Assembly: GCF_009931435.1 (NCBI RefSeq)
Contig: NZ_CP043414.1
Length of the DNA stretch: 64,000 nt
Reading direction: 5' to 3' (one strand)
Origin: Escherichia coli
GTDB taxonomy: Bacteria; Pseudomonadota; Gammaproteobacteria; Enterobacterales; Enterobacteriaceae
The translations under genes and the position numbers were made by a program. Every line of letters begins with the position of its first letter. Position 1 is the first letter of the stretch. This document shows positions 49,374 to 62,507 of the stretch, one piece after another. Under the pieces are notes generated by a model that was not told the DNA's origin, did not search any database, and saw only the letters and a list, made by a program, of their open reading frames with translations.

Positions 49374-50246
49374 ATGACCATCTATACCTTATCTCACGGG
49401 CCGCTAAAGCTGGACGTTTCTGACCGGGGCGGCGTCATCGAAGGCTTCTGGCGTGACGTGACGCCGCTCTTACGTCTCGGTAAAAAAAGCGGTGTGGCAA
49501 CCGATGCCTCTTGTTTTCCGCTGGTGCCGTTTGCAAACCGGGTGAGCGGCAACCATTTTGTCTGGCAGGGGCGTGAGTATCAACTGCAACCGAATATTGA
49601 ATGGGATGCGCACTATCTGCACGGCGACGGCTGGCTGGGCGAGTGGCAATGTGTCTCGCGCAGCGATGATAGCTTGTGTCTGGTGTATGAACATCGCAGC
49701 GGTGTTTATCACTATCGGGTAAGTCAGGCGTTTCATTTAACGGCAGATACGCTGACGGTGACGCTCTCTGTCACCAACCAAGGGACAGAGACGCTGCCAT
49801 TTGGTACCGGCTGGCATCCTTATTTTCCGTTGTCACCACAAACGCGGATTCAGGCGCAGGCGAGCGGTTACTGGCTGGAGCGGGAGCAGTGGCTGGCGGG
49901 GGAGTTTTGCAAGCAGCTACCGCAGCAGCTGGATTTCAACCAGCTCGCGCCGTTGCCGCGCCAGTGGGTAAACAATGGCTTTGCCGGATGGAATGGTCAG
50001 GCCCGCATCGAGCAGCCGCAGGAGGGTTATGCCATCATCATGGAAACGACGCCGCCGGCACCGTGTTATTTCATCTTTGTTTCCGATCCGGCGTTTGATA
50101 AAGGATATGCGTTTGATTTCTTCTGTCTGGAACCGATGAGTCATGCGCCGGATGACCATCATCGCCCGGAAGGAGGTGACCTCATTGCGCTTGCGCCGGG
50201 GGAATCAACAACGTCAGAGATGTCGTTGCGGGTTGCGTTACTGTAA
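49374..50246 (+). CDS. yphB: Aldose 1-epimerase (mutarotase) family protein
   Basis: 290 aa; galactose mutarotase-like fold inferred from length and synteny. Confidence 0.8.
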   Translation: MTIYTLSHGPLKLDVSDRGGVIEGFWRDVTPLLRLGKKSGVATDASCFPLVPFANRVSGNHFVWQGREYQLQPNIEWDAHYLHGDGWLGEWQCVSRSDDSLCLVYEHRSGVYHYRVSQAFHLTADTLTVTLSVTNQGTETLPFGTGWHPYFPLSPQTRIQAQASGYWLEREQWLAGEFCKQLPQQLDFNQLAPLPRQWVNNGFAGWNGQARIEQPQEGYAIIMETTPPAPCYFIFVSDPAFDKGYAFDFFCLEPMSHAPDDHHRPEGGDLIALAPGESTTSEMSLRVALL

Positions 50247-50256
50247 TTTATAAAAT

Positions 50257-50286
50257 GCCGGATAAGGCGTTCACGCCGCATCCGGC
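50257..50286. repeat. Single REP element between convergent yphB and yphA
   Basis: GCCGGATAAGGCGTTCACGCCGCATCCGGC. Confidence 0.7.
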
Positions 50287-50293
50287 ATCTTTC

Positions 50294-50716
50294 CTAACGC
50301 CGATCGAGAGAAATTGCCCCCGGCCCGGTAATTGCCAACAGCAGGAATGCGCCAGCGATACTGACATTCTTCCAGAAATTAATCATATTTGGCCCAACCG
50401 CATCGCCGGTCATATCCCAGTAATGGTGACCAATCACCGCCGTACCCAGCGTGTAGAAAATAAACAGCACCGCCAGCGGACGGGTGAAAAAGCCAAGCAC
50501 GATTAAAATCGCGGCGGGCACTTCCATAACTACCGCAATAATCGCTGCCAGCATCGGCATTGGCGCGCCCAGCGAGGCCATATATTGGACCGTACCGTCA
50601 AAGCCCATCATTTTGGGAAAACCAAAAATAATGAAAATTAAGACCACGGCGATACGGGCAATTAATAACAAAACGGGGCGTGCAACACCAAAATCAAAAT
50701 AACGTAGTGAGTTCAT
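50294..50716 (-). CDS. yphA: DoxX-family inner membrane protein
   Basis: Start at ATG 50716 ([18 protein letters not shown], 140 aa); four predicted TM helices. Confidence 0.8.
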   Translation of the reverse strand: MNSLRYFDFGVARPVLLLIARIAVVLIFIIFGFPKMMGFDGTVQYMASLGAPMPMLAAIIAVVMEVPAAILIVLGFFTRPLAVLFIFYTLGTAVIGHHYWDMTGDAVGPNMINFWKNVSIAGAFLLLAITGPGAISLDRR

Positions 50717-50812
50717 AACCAATCCCTTTGCAAGATAATGTGATTTAAACGTAATACACACTCTGGCACCTCGCCACGCCCCAGGAGTTGAGATATTCGC
50801 TAATTATCCTGG

Positions 50813-52024
<1,212 letters not shown>

Positions 52025-52837
52025 TTAAAGATCCAGCCCAGCCGCTACGTGGCGAATGCCGCGAATCGCTAAACCCGCATCAGCGTTGATCATCACACCG
52101 CTTAATGCGCGATTATTGCGCCGCGATGCCAACATCACATACGGACCCGTAAAATCCGCCGGTTGCGGGAAAAATTGCAGCGGTAATATGGCGGCAATTT
52201 TCTCCGGCGTCAGAGACTGCATTATCGAGGTTTCACTTTGCCCGAGCGCCTGTGGGCCGCGCAGGTCGCTGGCCATACCACACGGGCCGACGCCATTCAC
52301 CCGCACTTTCGGTGCCAGTTCATAAGCCAGTTGGCGAATAAGTCCGGTTGCGGCATGTTTACTGGCGGTGTACAGCGGGCCACCGCCGCCGGGATACCAG
52401 GCGGCATTTGACAGTGTGAAAATCATGCTGCCTTCACTGGCGATTAACGCCGGAGCGCTGGCTTTTGCGCCCAGCAGGTAACCGAGTACGTTGACGTTAA
52501 ACAGCTCGTGGAAGCCGGTTTCGAGCGTCTCTGCGGGAGTATTAACCAGTGAGGCATTGTGATCCCAGATGCCCGCATTGCCGATAAAACAATCCAGCTT
52601 GCCGGAACGAGTCAGGATCTGATCGATCGCGCGTTGATAATCGGCATAACAGGTCACGTTGCCTTCCACCGCCAGAATATGTTCACCAAATCGCTGACGC
52701 AGACTGGCGACTTTCGCCGCCGACAGTTCCAGCGTGGCAACCTGCGCGCCTTCTTCGATAAATCGCTCGACCAGCGCCAGGCCTAATCCCGATCCGCCGC
52801 CGGTAATAAAGATGGACTCGTTATGCAGATCGCTCAT
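52025..52837 (-). CDS. hcaB: cis-dihydrodiol dehydrogenase (SDR family)
   Basis: 270 aa; [10 protein letters not shown] cofactor motif, YTASK catalytic motif. Confidence 0.9.
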   Translation of the reverse strand: MSDLHNESIFITGGGSGLGLALVERFIEEGAQVATLELSAAKVASLRQRFGEHILAVEGNVTCYADYQRAIDQILTRSGKLDCFIGNAGIWDHNASLVNTPAETLETGFHELFNVNVLGYLLGAKASAPALIASEGSMIFTLSNAAWYPGGGGPLYTASKHAATGLIRQLAYELAPKVRVNGVGPCGMASDLRGPQALGQSETSIMQSLTPEKIAAILPLQFFPQPADFTGPYVMLASRRNNRALSGVMINADAGLAIRGIRHVAAGLDL

Positions 52838-53153
52838 GGCTGCGCCTCCGGTAAGTCGATGAAGATGTCACCACCTTCAACGTGTACTGGATAAGTGGTT
52901 AGCGGATCGGTGGCGGGCAGGCATAATGCTTTCCCCGTTTTCAGGCAAAAACTGGCGGCGTGCAGCGGGCACTCCACCGTGGCGTCATCTTCCAGATACC
53001 CTTCTGACATCGACGCATTACCATGGCTGCAACGATCGTTAATGGCATAAAACTCGCCGCCCACGTTGAACAAGGCGATGACGGGCGAGGTATCTATCCG
53101 GAGAGCCTCACCCTCCGGCACATCCGCAACGGGACACGCATAAATTCGATTCA

Positions 53154-53154
<1 letters not shown>
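52834..53154 (-). CDS. hcaC: Rieske-type ferredoxin of 3-phenylpropionate dioxygenase
   Basis: 106 aa; CSHGN ... CPLHAASF Rieske ligands. Confidence 0.9.
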
Positions 53155-55066
<1,912 letters not shown>

Positions 55067-55165
55067 CTATTTTTGTGCCATAAGGATGTTGCTGGTTGGT
55101 TGCTGATATGTGAAATAGTTAATTTCTACCAACTGAGACGTTTTTTCGATAACAAGGGGAAGGTG

Positions 55166-56056
55166 ATGGAACTACGGCATTTACGCTATTTCGTCGCAGT
55201 GGCGCAGGCACTGAACTTTACCCGTGCGGCGGAAAAACTGCATACCTCACAGCCTTCGTTAAGCAGCCAGATCCGCGATCTCGAAAACTGTGTTGGTGTT
55301 CCGCTACTGGTACGTGATAAACGTAAAGTCGCGTTGACGGCGGCGGGAGAATGTTTTCTCCAGGACGCGCAGGCAATCCTGGAACAAGCGGAAAATGCCA
55401 AACAACGGGCGCGGAAAATTGTTCAGGAAGATAAGCATTTAATCATCGGTTTTGTGCCATCGGCGGAAGTGAATTTACTGCCAAAAGTATTGCCCATGTT
55501 CCGACTGAAACAGCCAGAAACTTTGATCGAATTGGTGAGTTTAATTACCACGGAACAGGAAGAAAAAATTCGCCGTGGTGAACTGGATGTCGGCTTAATG
55601 CGTCATCCTGTCTATAGCCCGGAGATTGATTATCTGGAACTTTTTGACGAACCATTAGTGGTGGTGTTGCCGGTTGATCATCCTTTAGCACAAGAAAAAG
55701 AGATCACCGCCGCGCAGCTGGATGGCGTGAATTTCGTTAGTACCGATCCGGCGTATTCCGGTTCGCTTGCGCCGATCGTTAAGGAGTGGTTTGCGCAAGA
55801 AAACAGCCAGCCGAATATCGTCCAGGTGGCAACCAATATTCTGGTAACGATGAATTTGGTGGGGATGGGGCTTGGCGTAACTTTGATACCCGGTTATATG
55901 AATAATTTTAATACCGGGCAGGTGGTATTTCGGCCAATTGCCGGAAATGTGCCTTCCATTGCCCTACTAATGGCGTGGAAGAAAGGCGAAATGAAACCGG
56001 CATTACGCGATTTCATCGCCATTGTGCAGGAACGTTTGGCAAGCGTAACGGCATAA
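55166..56056 (+). CDS. hcaR: LysR-family activator of the hca operon
   Basis: Start at ATG 55166 (MELRHLRYFVAVAQALNFTRAAEKL, 296 aa); divergent from hcaE. Confidence 0.9.
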   Translation: MELRHLRYFVAVAQALNFTRAAEKLHTSQPSLSSQIRDLENCVGVPLLVRDKRKVALTAAGECFLQDAQAILEQAENAKQRARKIVQEDKHLIIGFVPSAEVNLLPKVLPMFRLKQPETLIELVSLITTEQEEKIRRGELDVGLMRHPVYSPEIDYLELFDEPLVVVLPVDHPLAQEKEITAAQLDGVNFVSTDPAYSGSLAPIVKEWFAQENSQPNIVQVATNILVTMNLVGMGLGVTLIPGYMNNFNTGQVVFRPIAGNVPSIALLMAWKKGEMKPALRDFIAIVQERLASVTA

Positions 56057-56217
56057 ATACGCAATAATTTTGCAAGGTGCGTTGTGGGGCGCAGCTTTTT
56101 TAGTGCTTGCGAACAGGCGTTACAGACATCGGGAAGCAGGCTCGAATATTCTTATTTTTTCAACTTGCACCAACATTCGATTAACCCCAGACTAACGCCT
56201 CCTGACGGGAGGGACTC

Positions 56218-57357
56218 ATGGTTTTGCAATCCACGCGCTGGTTGGCGCTCGGTTATTTCACATACTTTTTTAGTTACGGCATTTTTCTACCTTTCTGGAG
56301 CGTCTGGCTTAAGGGGATTGGCTTAACGCCAGAAACTATCGGCCTGTTATTGGGGGCTGGTCTGGTTGCCCGTTTTCTCGGGAGTTTGCTCATCGCGCCA
56401 CGCGTTAGCGATCCTTCCCGCCTGATTTCCGCCTTGCGCGTACTGGCACTGTTGACACTTCTCTTTGCTGTCGCCTTCTGGGCGGGGGCGCATGTAGCGT
56501 GGTTGATGGTGGTGATGATTGGCTTTAACCTCTTTTTCTCACCGCTGGTACCGTTGACCGATGCACTGGCGAATACATGGCAAAAACAGTTCCCGCTTGA
56601 TTACGGCAAAGTGCGACTGTGGGGCTCGGTGGCGTTTGTCATTGGCTCGGCGCTGACAGGCAAACTGGTCAGTATGTTGGATTATCGGGTGATCCTCGCG
56701 CTGTTGACGTTGGGCGTGGCGTCCATGCTGCTCGGATTTCTCATTCGTCCAACGATTCAGCCACAAGGGGCTAGCCGTCAGCAGGAGAGCACGGGAGGGC
56801 CAGCCTGGCTGACACTGGTCCGCCAGAACTGGCGCTTTCTGGCCTGCGTTTGTTTATTACAGGGAGCGCATGCAGCCTATTACGGTTTTAGCGCTATTTA
56901 CTGGCAGGCAGCTGGGTATTCTGCTTCAGCGGTGGGCTATTTGTGGTCGCTGGGCGTGGTGGCAGAAGTCATTATTTTTGCGCTGAGTAATAAACTTTTC
57001 CGCCGTTGTAGTGCACGCGATATGCTGCTGATCTCGGCGATTAGCGGCGTAATGCGCTGGGGAATTATGGGAGCAACGACGGCGTTGTCGTGGTTGATAG
57101 TAGTGCAAATTCTGCATTGCGGCACCTTCACGGTCTGCCACCTGGCGGCCATGCGTTATATTGCCGCCCGCCAGGGTAGCGAAGTCATTCGTTTGCAGGC
57201 GGTTTACTCTGCCGTTGCAATGGGCGGTAGTATCGCCATCATGACCGTCTTCGCCGGTTTCCTGTATCAATATCTGGGCCACGGCGTGTTCTGGGTGATG
57301 GCGCTGGTGGCGCTTCCGGCAATGTTCTTGCGCCCGAAAGTTGTTCCCTCATGCTGA
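56218..57357 (+). CDS. hcaT: MFS transporter (putative 3-phenylpropionate permease)
   Basis: 379 aa, 12-TM MFS-like; 9-nt convergent overlap with csiE. Confidence 0.88.
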   Translation: MVLQSTRWLALGYFTYFFSYGIFLPFWSVWLKGIGLTPETIGLLLGAGLVARFLGSLLIAPRVSDPSRLISALRVLALLTLLFAVAFWAGAHVAWLMVVMIGFNLFFSPLVPLTDALANTWQKQFPLDYGKVRLWGSVAFVIGSALTGKLVSMLDYRVILALLTLGVASMLLGFLIRPTIQPQGASRQQESTGGPAWLTLVRQNWRFLACVCLLQGAHAAYYGFSAIYWQAAGYSASAVGYLWSLGVVAEVIIFALSNKLFRRCSARDMLLISAISGVMRWGIMGATTALSWLIVVQILHCGTFTVCHLAAMRYIAARQGSEVIRLQAVYSAVAMGGSIAIMTVFAGFLYQYLGHGVFWVMALVALPAMFLRPKVVPSC

Positions 57358-58629
57358 TTCGAGCATTTTGCGGATCTGATCCTGTTGGTGTGTTGTCAGC
57401 GTCAGATCTGTGTAGATCAGCGGTGGTGAAAAGAGCGGTAACGGCGTGGTGTAAGGCGCAATAATCAGTGCCGCGCCGCGTGGAGCACCTCTCTGCAAAA
57501 ATGCTTTTACCGACATATGCTTAATGTTGAGCGGCAGTAACGTTAGTTCACGTAACTGCTGCTCAATCTGCGCTTCACGCTCGCTATCATTCCCGGTCAG
57601 TAGAATAATCTGTTTTTCATGCAGGTCGTTTTCCTGCATTAGCCAGGCACCGAAAATCACCGCGACCAGACCGCTTTCCTCATCAGAAAGATGGACGCTG
57701 TATTCACTTTCAAATCCGGTCAGCGCCGCGCGGGTGGTGCGCACCAGGCGTGGGTACAGTCTGGAGAACTCTTCTGGCAGGGTGTTATCAATACCGATGG
57801 CAAACAAACTGCGATTTAACGCCTGGGCGAGGTGAGTATAAAGCTGATCGCATAACCCCTGTTCATCATAAAAACGAACATTTCCCAGCTCACGAAAATG
57901 GTTTACCAGATGTTTGATAGACTGACGCAATTGTCTATCCCGCTGATGCGCATCCCGAATTGGATCGGGAACTCGCAACATGGAAAAAAGTAATGCCATA
58001 AATAGTGGCTCATCAGGCGGTACAGGCTGAAGCGCCCGACGCTGCCAGTGGCGTCCAATTTCCTGCGCTACCTGAAATTCCAGGCAGGATTCTGCCCAGC
58101 GACGTTGGAGCGGATTAAACTGAGGCGTAATGCCAGCGTGGTGTTGCAGCAAGCAATATTGCAGATACAGACACAGGAAATGAATATCGCGCGATTCAAA
58201 GCGTTTTTGTAGCCGTCGAGAGCAGAGATTCACTAACGCTTGTAGATTGGTATCGTCGTAAAAGTTACGCGAAATTCCGCGCCGCTTTAGTTCACTCTTC
58301 AGAGCAGGTGTGAATTGGCTGGTAATAAATGACGGACACAGACGGAAACCACGTCGTAGCCAATGAAATAAACACAAACGTTGGTTAAGCACTGTGCCTT
58401 CAACCCGATAGCTACCGTCATAACCAGTAGTCAGTGTGAGTTGATGATAGCGCAGGATCTCCCGTCCTGTTTCGCTGATATCAAGACTGGCAATATCATC
58501 ATCCACACCATTAAGCTTGCTGAAGGTTGCCGTGGTGGCGGTCAACCCCGGCTGAAAGAGTGTCAGCAAGATCTGGCAGCGGCGCTGGGGAGCCGAAAGG
58601 ACAGATGGTGAAGCAAGCGTAGGCATCAT
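57349..58629 (-). CDS. csiE: Stationary-phase inducible protein CsiE
   Basis: Start at ATG 58629 (MMPTLASPSVLSAPQRRCQILL, 426 aa); ORF track extends 7 codons upstream. Confidence 0.85.
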   Translation of the reverse strand: MMPTLASPSVLSAPQRRCQILLTLFQPGLTATTATFSKLNGVDDDIASLDISETGREILRYHQLTLTTGYDGSYRVEGTVLNQRLCLFHWLRRGFRLCPSFITSQFTPALKSELKRRGISRNFYDDTNLQALVNLCSRRLQKRFESRDIHFLCLYLQYCLLQHHAGITPQFNPLQRRWAESCLEFQVAQEIGRHWQRRALQPVPPDEPLFMALLFSMLRVPDPIRDAHQRDRQLRQSIKHLVNHFRELGNVRFYDEQGLCDQLYTHLAQALNRSLFAIGIDNTLPEEFSRLYPRLVRTTRAALTGFESEYSVHLSDEESGLVAVIFGAWLMQENDLHEKQIILLTGNDSEREAQIEQQLRELTLLPLNIKHMSVKAFLQRGAPRGAALIIAPYTTPLPLFSPPLIYTDLTLTTHQQDQIRKMLESA

Positions 58630-58819
58630 CTGTAGATCTCCCATAAGCATAATTGATAAGAATAGCTAAAGTTTGCTCAGGGAAATGGCGAAGGGAATGC
58701 TAATCATCAGAAATGTTGGCAAGCGTCACAGAATTTTTCTCATCTTAAACTGTTCTGACCAGTGGATTAGCTCGTCTAAAGGTGGATTTGTGAATGATTA
58801 TCGCGCTAGCGATCATGGG

Positions 58820-59674
58820 TTAGTTCTGCGGATTCAACGCGCTAAGGATAAAATCCACTATTTGTTCGCGATAAACATCACCGTGACGATCGGAAAAAGC
58901 ATCAATGTGTTCGCCGTCAGGGATTAAGATTAAACGTTTTGGCTCTTTTGCCAGATCATACAACTTTTGGCTGTGCTGCCATGGGATAACGTGATCGGCC
59001 TTACCGTGAATGAGTAAAACTGGGATCGGGCTGACGCTGGCGATGTAATTTTCGCCGCTGTAACTCTCATCAAGTAAGTAGCCACTGCCGGGGATCATCT
59101 GGTTGGCAATGGTTGCATAAGAGGCAAATGTGGAGTCGAGGATCACTGCACGTATGCCCTCACGATCCCCCTGACCAACGACATCAAGAATATTCGCCCC
59201 GCCAATACTCTGCCCGAACAGCACCAGTCGTTGTTGGTTTACATCACTGCGATGGCGCACCACATTGATGGCACTTAGCGTATCGTCCAGCAATCCGGCC
59301 TGAGACGGTGTGCCTTTTGATTTACCAAACCCGCGATAATCAAACATAAAAACGTTGAAATTACGCTCGGGTAACCAACTGACCAGCGGCCAGTGGGCGG
59401 ACATATTTCCGGCATTGCCGTGAGCATGAATGATGGTTGCGATGGCGTTGTCAGCGGGGCCTGTCGAAGAAGGGATAAACCAGCCTTGCAGACGAGTACC
59501 GTCCTTAGCTGTAAATTCGACGGATTCCGCCGACCAGGGGTCGGGACCGTAAATTTTGTCGTCGGGATAATAGAAGAAGTTGATGGCAACGCGCGGCACT
59601 AAATAAACGCAGAAGACAACAACAAAGAGAATAAACAGAATTTTGAGAACGCGTGTGTTCACTGGCAGTGCCAT
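58820..59674 (-). CDS. yfhR: Alpha/beta-hydrolase (peptidase S9-like) membrane-anchored protein
   Basis: Start placed at ATG 59674 (MALPVNTRVLKILFILFVVVF, 284 aa; alternative 59701); N-terminal TM anchor, GQSIGG nucleophile elbow. Confidence 0.8.
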   Translation of the reverse strand: MALPVNTRVLKILFILFVVVFCVYLVPRVAINFFYYPDDKIYGPDPWSAESVEFTAKDGTRLQGWFIPSSTGPADNAIATIIHAHGNAGNMSAHWPLVSWLPERNFNVFMFDYRGFGKSKGTPSQAGLLDDTLSAINVVRHRSDVNQQRLVLFGQSIGGANILDVVGQGDREGIRAVILDSTFASYATIANQMIPGSGYLLDESYSGENYIASVSPIPVLLIHGKADHVIPWQHSQKLYDLAKEPKRLILIPDGEHIDAFSDRHGDVYREQIVDFILSALNPQN

Positions 59675-59818
59675 AACCTTTCCTTGCGACTTCTTTATCA
59701 TCCATTAATCGGGGAAAGATGGTGGGAGAGTGACGAAAGAAAGTAAAGCAGAGCGGAAGCATTTCGGAATAGCGCCTGAAAGGCGAGGGCGGGTGAGAGA
59801 AATCACCCGCCAGAGAAA

Positions 59819-60622
59819 TTAACGCTTCAGGGCGTCGCTTAACTCGTCACGCATGTTCGCCAGCATGGCTTTAACAACGCGCGGGTTACCGGCAACGATG
59901 TTACCGGTCAGCATGTAGTTATGACCACCGGTGAAGTCGCTGACGATACCGCCCGCTTCACGAACCAGCAGCTCACCTGCGGCGAAATCCCACGGACGCA
60001 GACCGATTTCAAAGAAACCGTCAACACGACCTGCGGCAACGTAAGCCAGATCCAGCGCCGCAGAACCAGTACGACGGAAGTCTGCACATTCGTTGAACAG
60101 TTTGCCGACGATGTTGATGTAAGTGGTAGCGTACTGTTTTGCTTTGAACGGGAAGCCGGTCGCCAGAATAGTACCGTCGAGATCGCGAGCGGTGCTGCCG
60201 CGCAGACGGTAGCCGTTCAGCTGTGCGCCCTGACCGCGAGTCGCGGTGAACAGTTCGTTACGCATAGGATCATAAACCACAGCAACTTCAGTGCGGCCTT
60301 TGATACGAACGGCAATAGATACCGCGAAGTGCGGCAGGCGTTTGATAAAGTTGGTAGTGCCATCCAGTGGATCGATAACCCATTGAACATCCTGATCGGT
60401 ACCTTCAAGTTCACCGCTTTCTTCGGTGATGATGGTGTGCTGTGGGTAAGATTTACGAATCGTGTCGATAATCACCGCTTCGGCAGCTTTATCTACGTTG
60501 GTCACGAAATCGTTACTGCCTTTCTGGCTCGCTTCTACAGCGTCCGGGGTTTCATAGTTTTTGGCAATTAAATTACCCGCCTTGCGCGCTGCGCGCACGG
60601 CGATGTTCAGCATCGGATGCAT
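59819..60622 (-). CDS. suhB: Inositol monophosphatase family protein SuhB
   Basis: 267 aa; DPLDGTTNF and WDFAAG motifs. Confidence 0.95.
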   Translation of the reverse strand: MHPMLNIAVRAARKAGNLIAKNYETPDAVEASQKGSNDFVTNVDKAAEAVIIDTIRKSYPQHTIITEESGELEGTDQDVQWVIDPLDGTTNFIKRLPHFAVSIAVRIKGRTEVAVVYDPMRNELFTATRGQGAQLNGYRLRGSTARDLDGTILATGFPFKAKQYATTYINIVGKLFNECADFRRTGSAALDLAYVAAGRVDGFFEIGLRPWDFAAGELLVREAGGIVSDFTGGHNYMLTGNIVAGNPRVVKAMLANMRDELSDALKR

Positions 60623-60740
60623 CGGTCTCTCTCACTGGATGTTAAAGAACGGGAAAACGGCGCAGAGTATAGCAGCGAGATCGGCATCTGTCTTCGTTTT
60701 ATGATAAGATGCGTGAATAATCTTTAGATGAAGAAAGACA

Positions 60741-61478
60741 ATGCTGCAAAATATTCGAATTGTGCTGGTGGAGACGTCACACACCGGTAATATGGGTTCT
60801 GTTGCCCGTGCCATGAAAACAATGGGCTTAACCAATCTGTGGCTGGTTAATCCACTAGTGAAACCTGACTCCCAGGCGATTGCTCTGGCAGCAGGGGCCA
60901 GCGATGTGATTGGTAATGCTCACATTGTCGATACACTCGACGAAGCGTTAGCCGGTTGTAGCCTGGTGGTTGGCACCAGTGCACGCTCGCGCACGCTGCC
61001 GTGGCCGATGCTCGACCCGCGCGAATGCGGTTTGAAAAGCGTCGCTGAAGCGGCAAATACGCCGGTGGCACTGGTTTTTGGTCGTGAGCGTGTCGGCTTG
61101 ACCAATGAAGAGTTGCAAAAGTGCCATTATCATGTCGCCATTGCCGCTAACCCGGAATACAGTTCGCTGAACCTGGCGATGGCTGTTCAGGTTATTGCCT
61201 ATGAAGTGCGCATGGCCTGGCTGGCGACTCAGGAGAACAGCGAGCAGGTTGAACATGACGAGACGCCGTATCCGCTGGTCGATGATCTGGAACGTTTTTA
61301 CGGTCATCTTGAACAAACGCTGCTGGCAACCGGTTTTATCCGTGAAAACCATCCGGGGCAGGTGATGAATAAGCTACGTCGTCTGTTTACCCGTGCGCGC
61401 CCGGAAAGCCAGGAGTTGAATATCCTGCGCGGGATTCTGGCTTCTATTGAGCAGCAGAATAAAGGTAATAAGGCCTGA
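60741..61478 (+). CDS. trmJ: tRNA (cytidine/uridine-2'-O)-methyltransferase
   Basis: 245 aa; SpoU/TrmH SPOUT fold; divergent from suhB. Confidence 0.92.
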   Translation: MLQNIRIVLVETSHTGNMGSVARAMKTMGLTNLWLVNPLVKPDSQAIALAAGASDVIGNAHIVDTLDEALAGCSLVVGTSARSRTLPWPMLDPRECGLKSVAEAANTPVALVFGRERVGLTNEELQKCHYHVAIAANPEYSSLNLAMAVQVIAYEVRMAWLATQENSEQVEHDETPYPLVDDLERFYGHLEQTLLATGFIRENHPGQVMNKLRRLFTRARPESQELNILRGILASIEQQNKGNKA

Positions 61479-61507
61479 GGGCTAAGCCAGATAAGTGCAC
61501 GGACGGT

Positions 61508-61545
61508 CCCCTCGCCCCTTCGGGGAGAGGGTTAGGGTGAGGGGA
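61508..61545. repeat. GC-rich palindromic intergenic repeat (Box C-like)
   Basis: CCCTCGCCCCTTCGGGGAGAGGGTTAGGGTGAGGGGAA; resembles the E. coli Box C dispersed repeat as recalled; 30 bp after trmJ stop. Confidence 0.45.
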
Positions 61546-61659
61546 ACAGGCCAGCGCTAATGCGAATAATTGCCCTCAACCCGCTCATGGTCTGGAAGGA
61601 CAACAGGTACAAACGCCACGATAAAAAAATGGCACTGAAGGTTAAATACCCGACTAAAT

Positions 61660-61778
61660 CAGTCAAGTAAATAGTTGACCAATTTACTCGGGAATGTCAG
61701 ACTTGACCCTGCTATGCAATACCCCCACTTTTACAATAAAAAACCCCGGGCAGGGGCGAGTTTGAGGTGAAGTAAGAC
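61660..61778 (+). promoter_or_regulatory. iscR promoter/operator region (expected IscR autoregulatory sites)
   Basis: AT-rich region with TTGACC hexamers (61675-61680, 61704-61709) and TACAAT (61732-61737) upstream of iscR ATG; individual IscR site boundaries not resolved. Confidence 0.45.
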
Positions 61779-62267
61779 ATGAGACTGACATCTAAAGGGC
61801 GCTATGCCGTGACCGCAATGCTTGACGTTGCGCTCAACTCTGAAGCGGGCCCGGTACCGTTGGCTGATATTTCCGAACGTCAGGGAATTTCCCTTTCTTA
61901 TCTGGAACAACTGTTTTCCCGTCTGCGTAAAAATGGTCTGGTTTCCAGCGTACGCGGGCCAGGCGGTGGTTATTTGTTAGGCAAAGATGCCAGCAGCATC
62001 GCCGTTGGCGAAGTAATTAGCGCCGTTGATGAATCTGTAGATGCTACCCGTTGTCAGGGTAAAGGCGGCTGCCAGGGGGGCGATAAATGCCTGACCCACG
62101 CGCTGTGGCGTGATTTGAGCGACCGTCTCACCGGTTTTCTCAACAACATTACTTTAGGCGAACTGGTTAATAACCAGGAAGTGCTGGATGTATCTGGTCG
62201 TCAGCATACTCACGACGCGCCACGCACCCGCACACAAGACGCGATCGACGTTAAGTTACGCGCTTAA
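61779..62267 (+). CDS. iscR: Fe-S cluster regulator IscR (Rrf2 family)
   Basis: 162 aa; [19 protein letters not shown] wHTH; cluster ligands in [13 protein letters not shown]. Confidence 0.96.
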
Positions 62268-62271
62268 TTTA

Positions 62272-62400
62272 ACCGTCCTGTTTCGTGTTGCATCTGCGTT
62301 GACTGCACATACTCACTCCGGTCACTTACTTATGTAAGCTCCCGGAGATTCGTAAGTTTGTCAACTTGCTGAAACCCGAAACAGTTAGGTTAAAGATAAC
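62272..62400. repeat. ERIC-like imperfect palindrome in the iscR-iscS spacer
   Basis: Core CACTCCGGTCACTTACTTATGTAAGCTCCCGGAGATTC aligns with the ERIC central region and with the reverse complement of the element at 21447-21575; flanking arms partly complementary. Confidence 0.6.
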
Positions 62401-62507
62401 AAGATATTAGAATCAGGCCGGGGCGTATCGCGCTCCGTAAACACGGTCGTACATCCAGCCGGTAGCCTGGTTCCTTGCATTGAGTGATGTACGGAGTTTA
62501 TAGAGCA

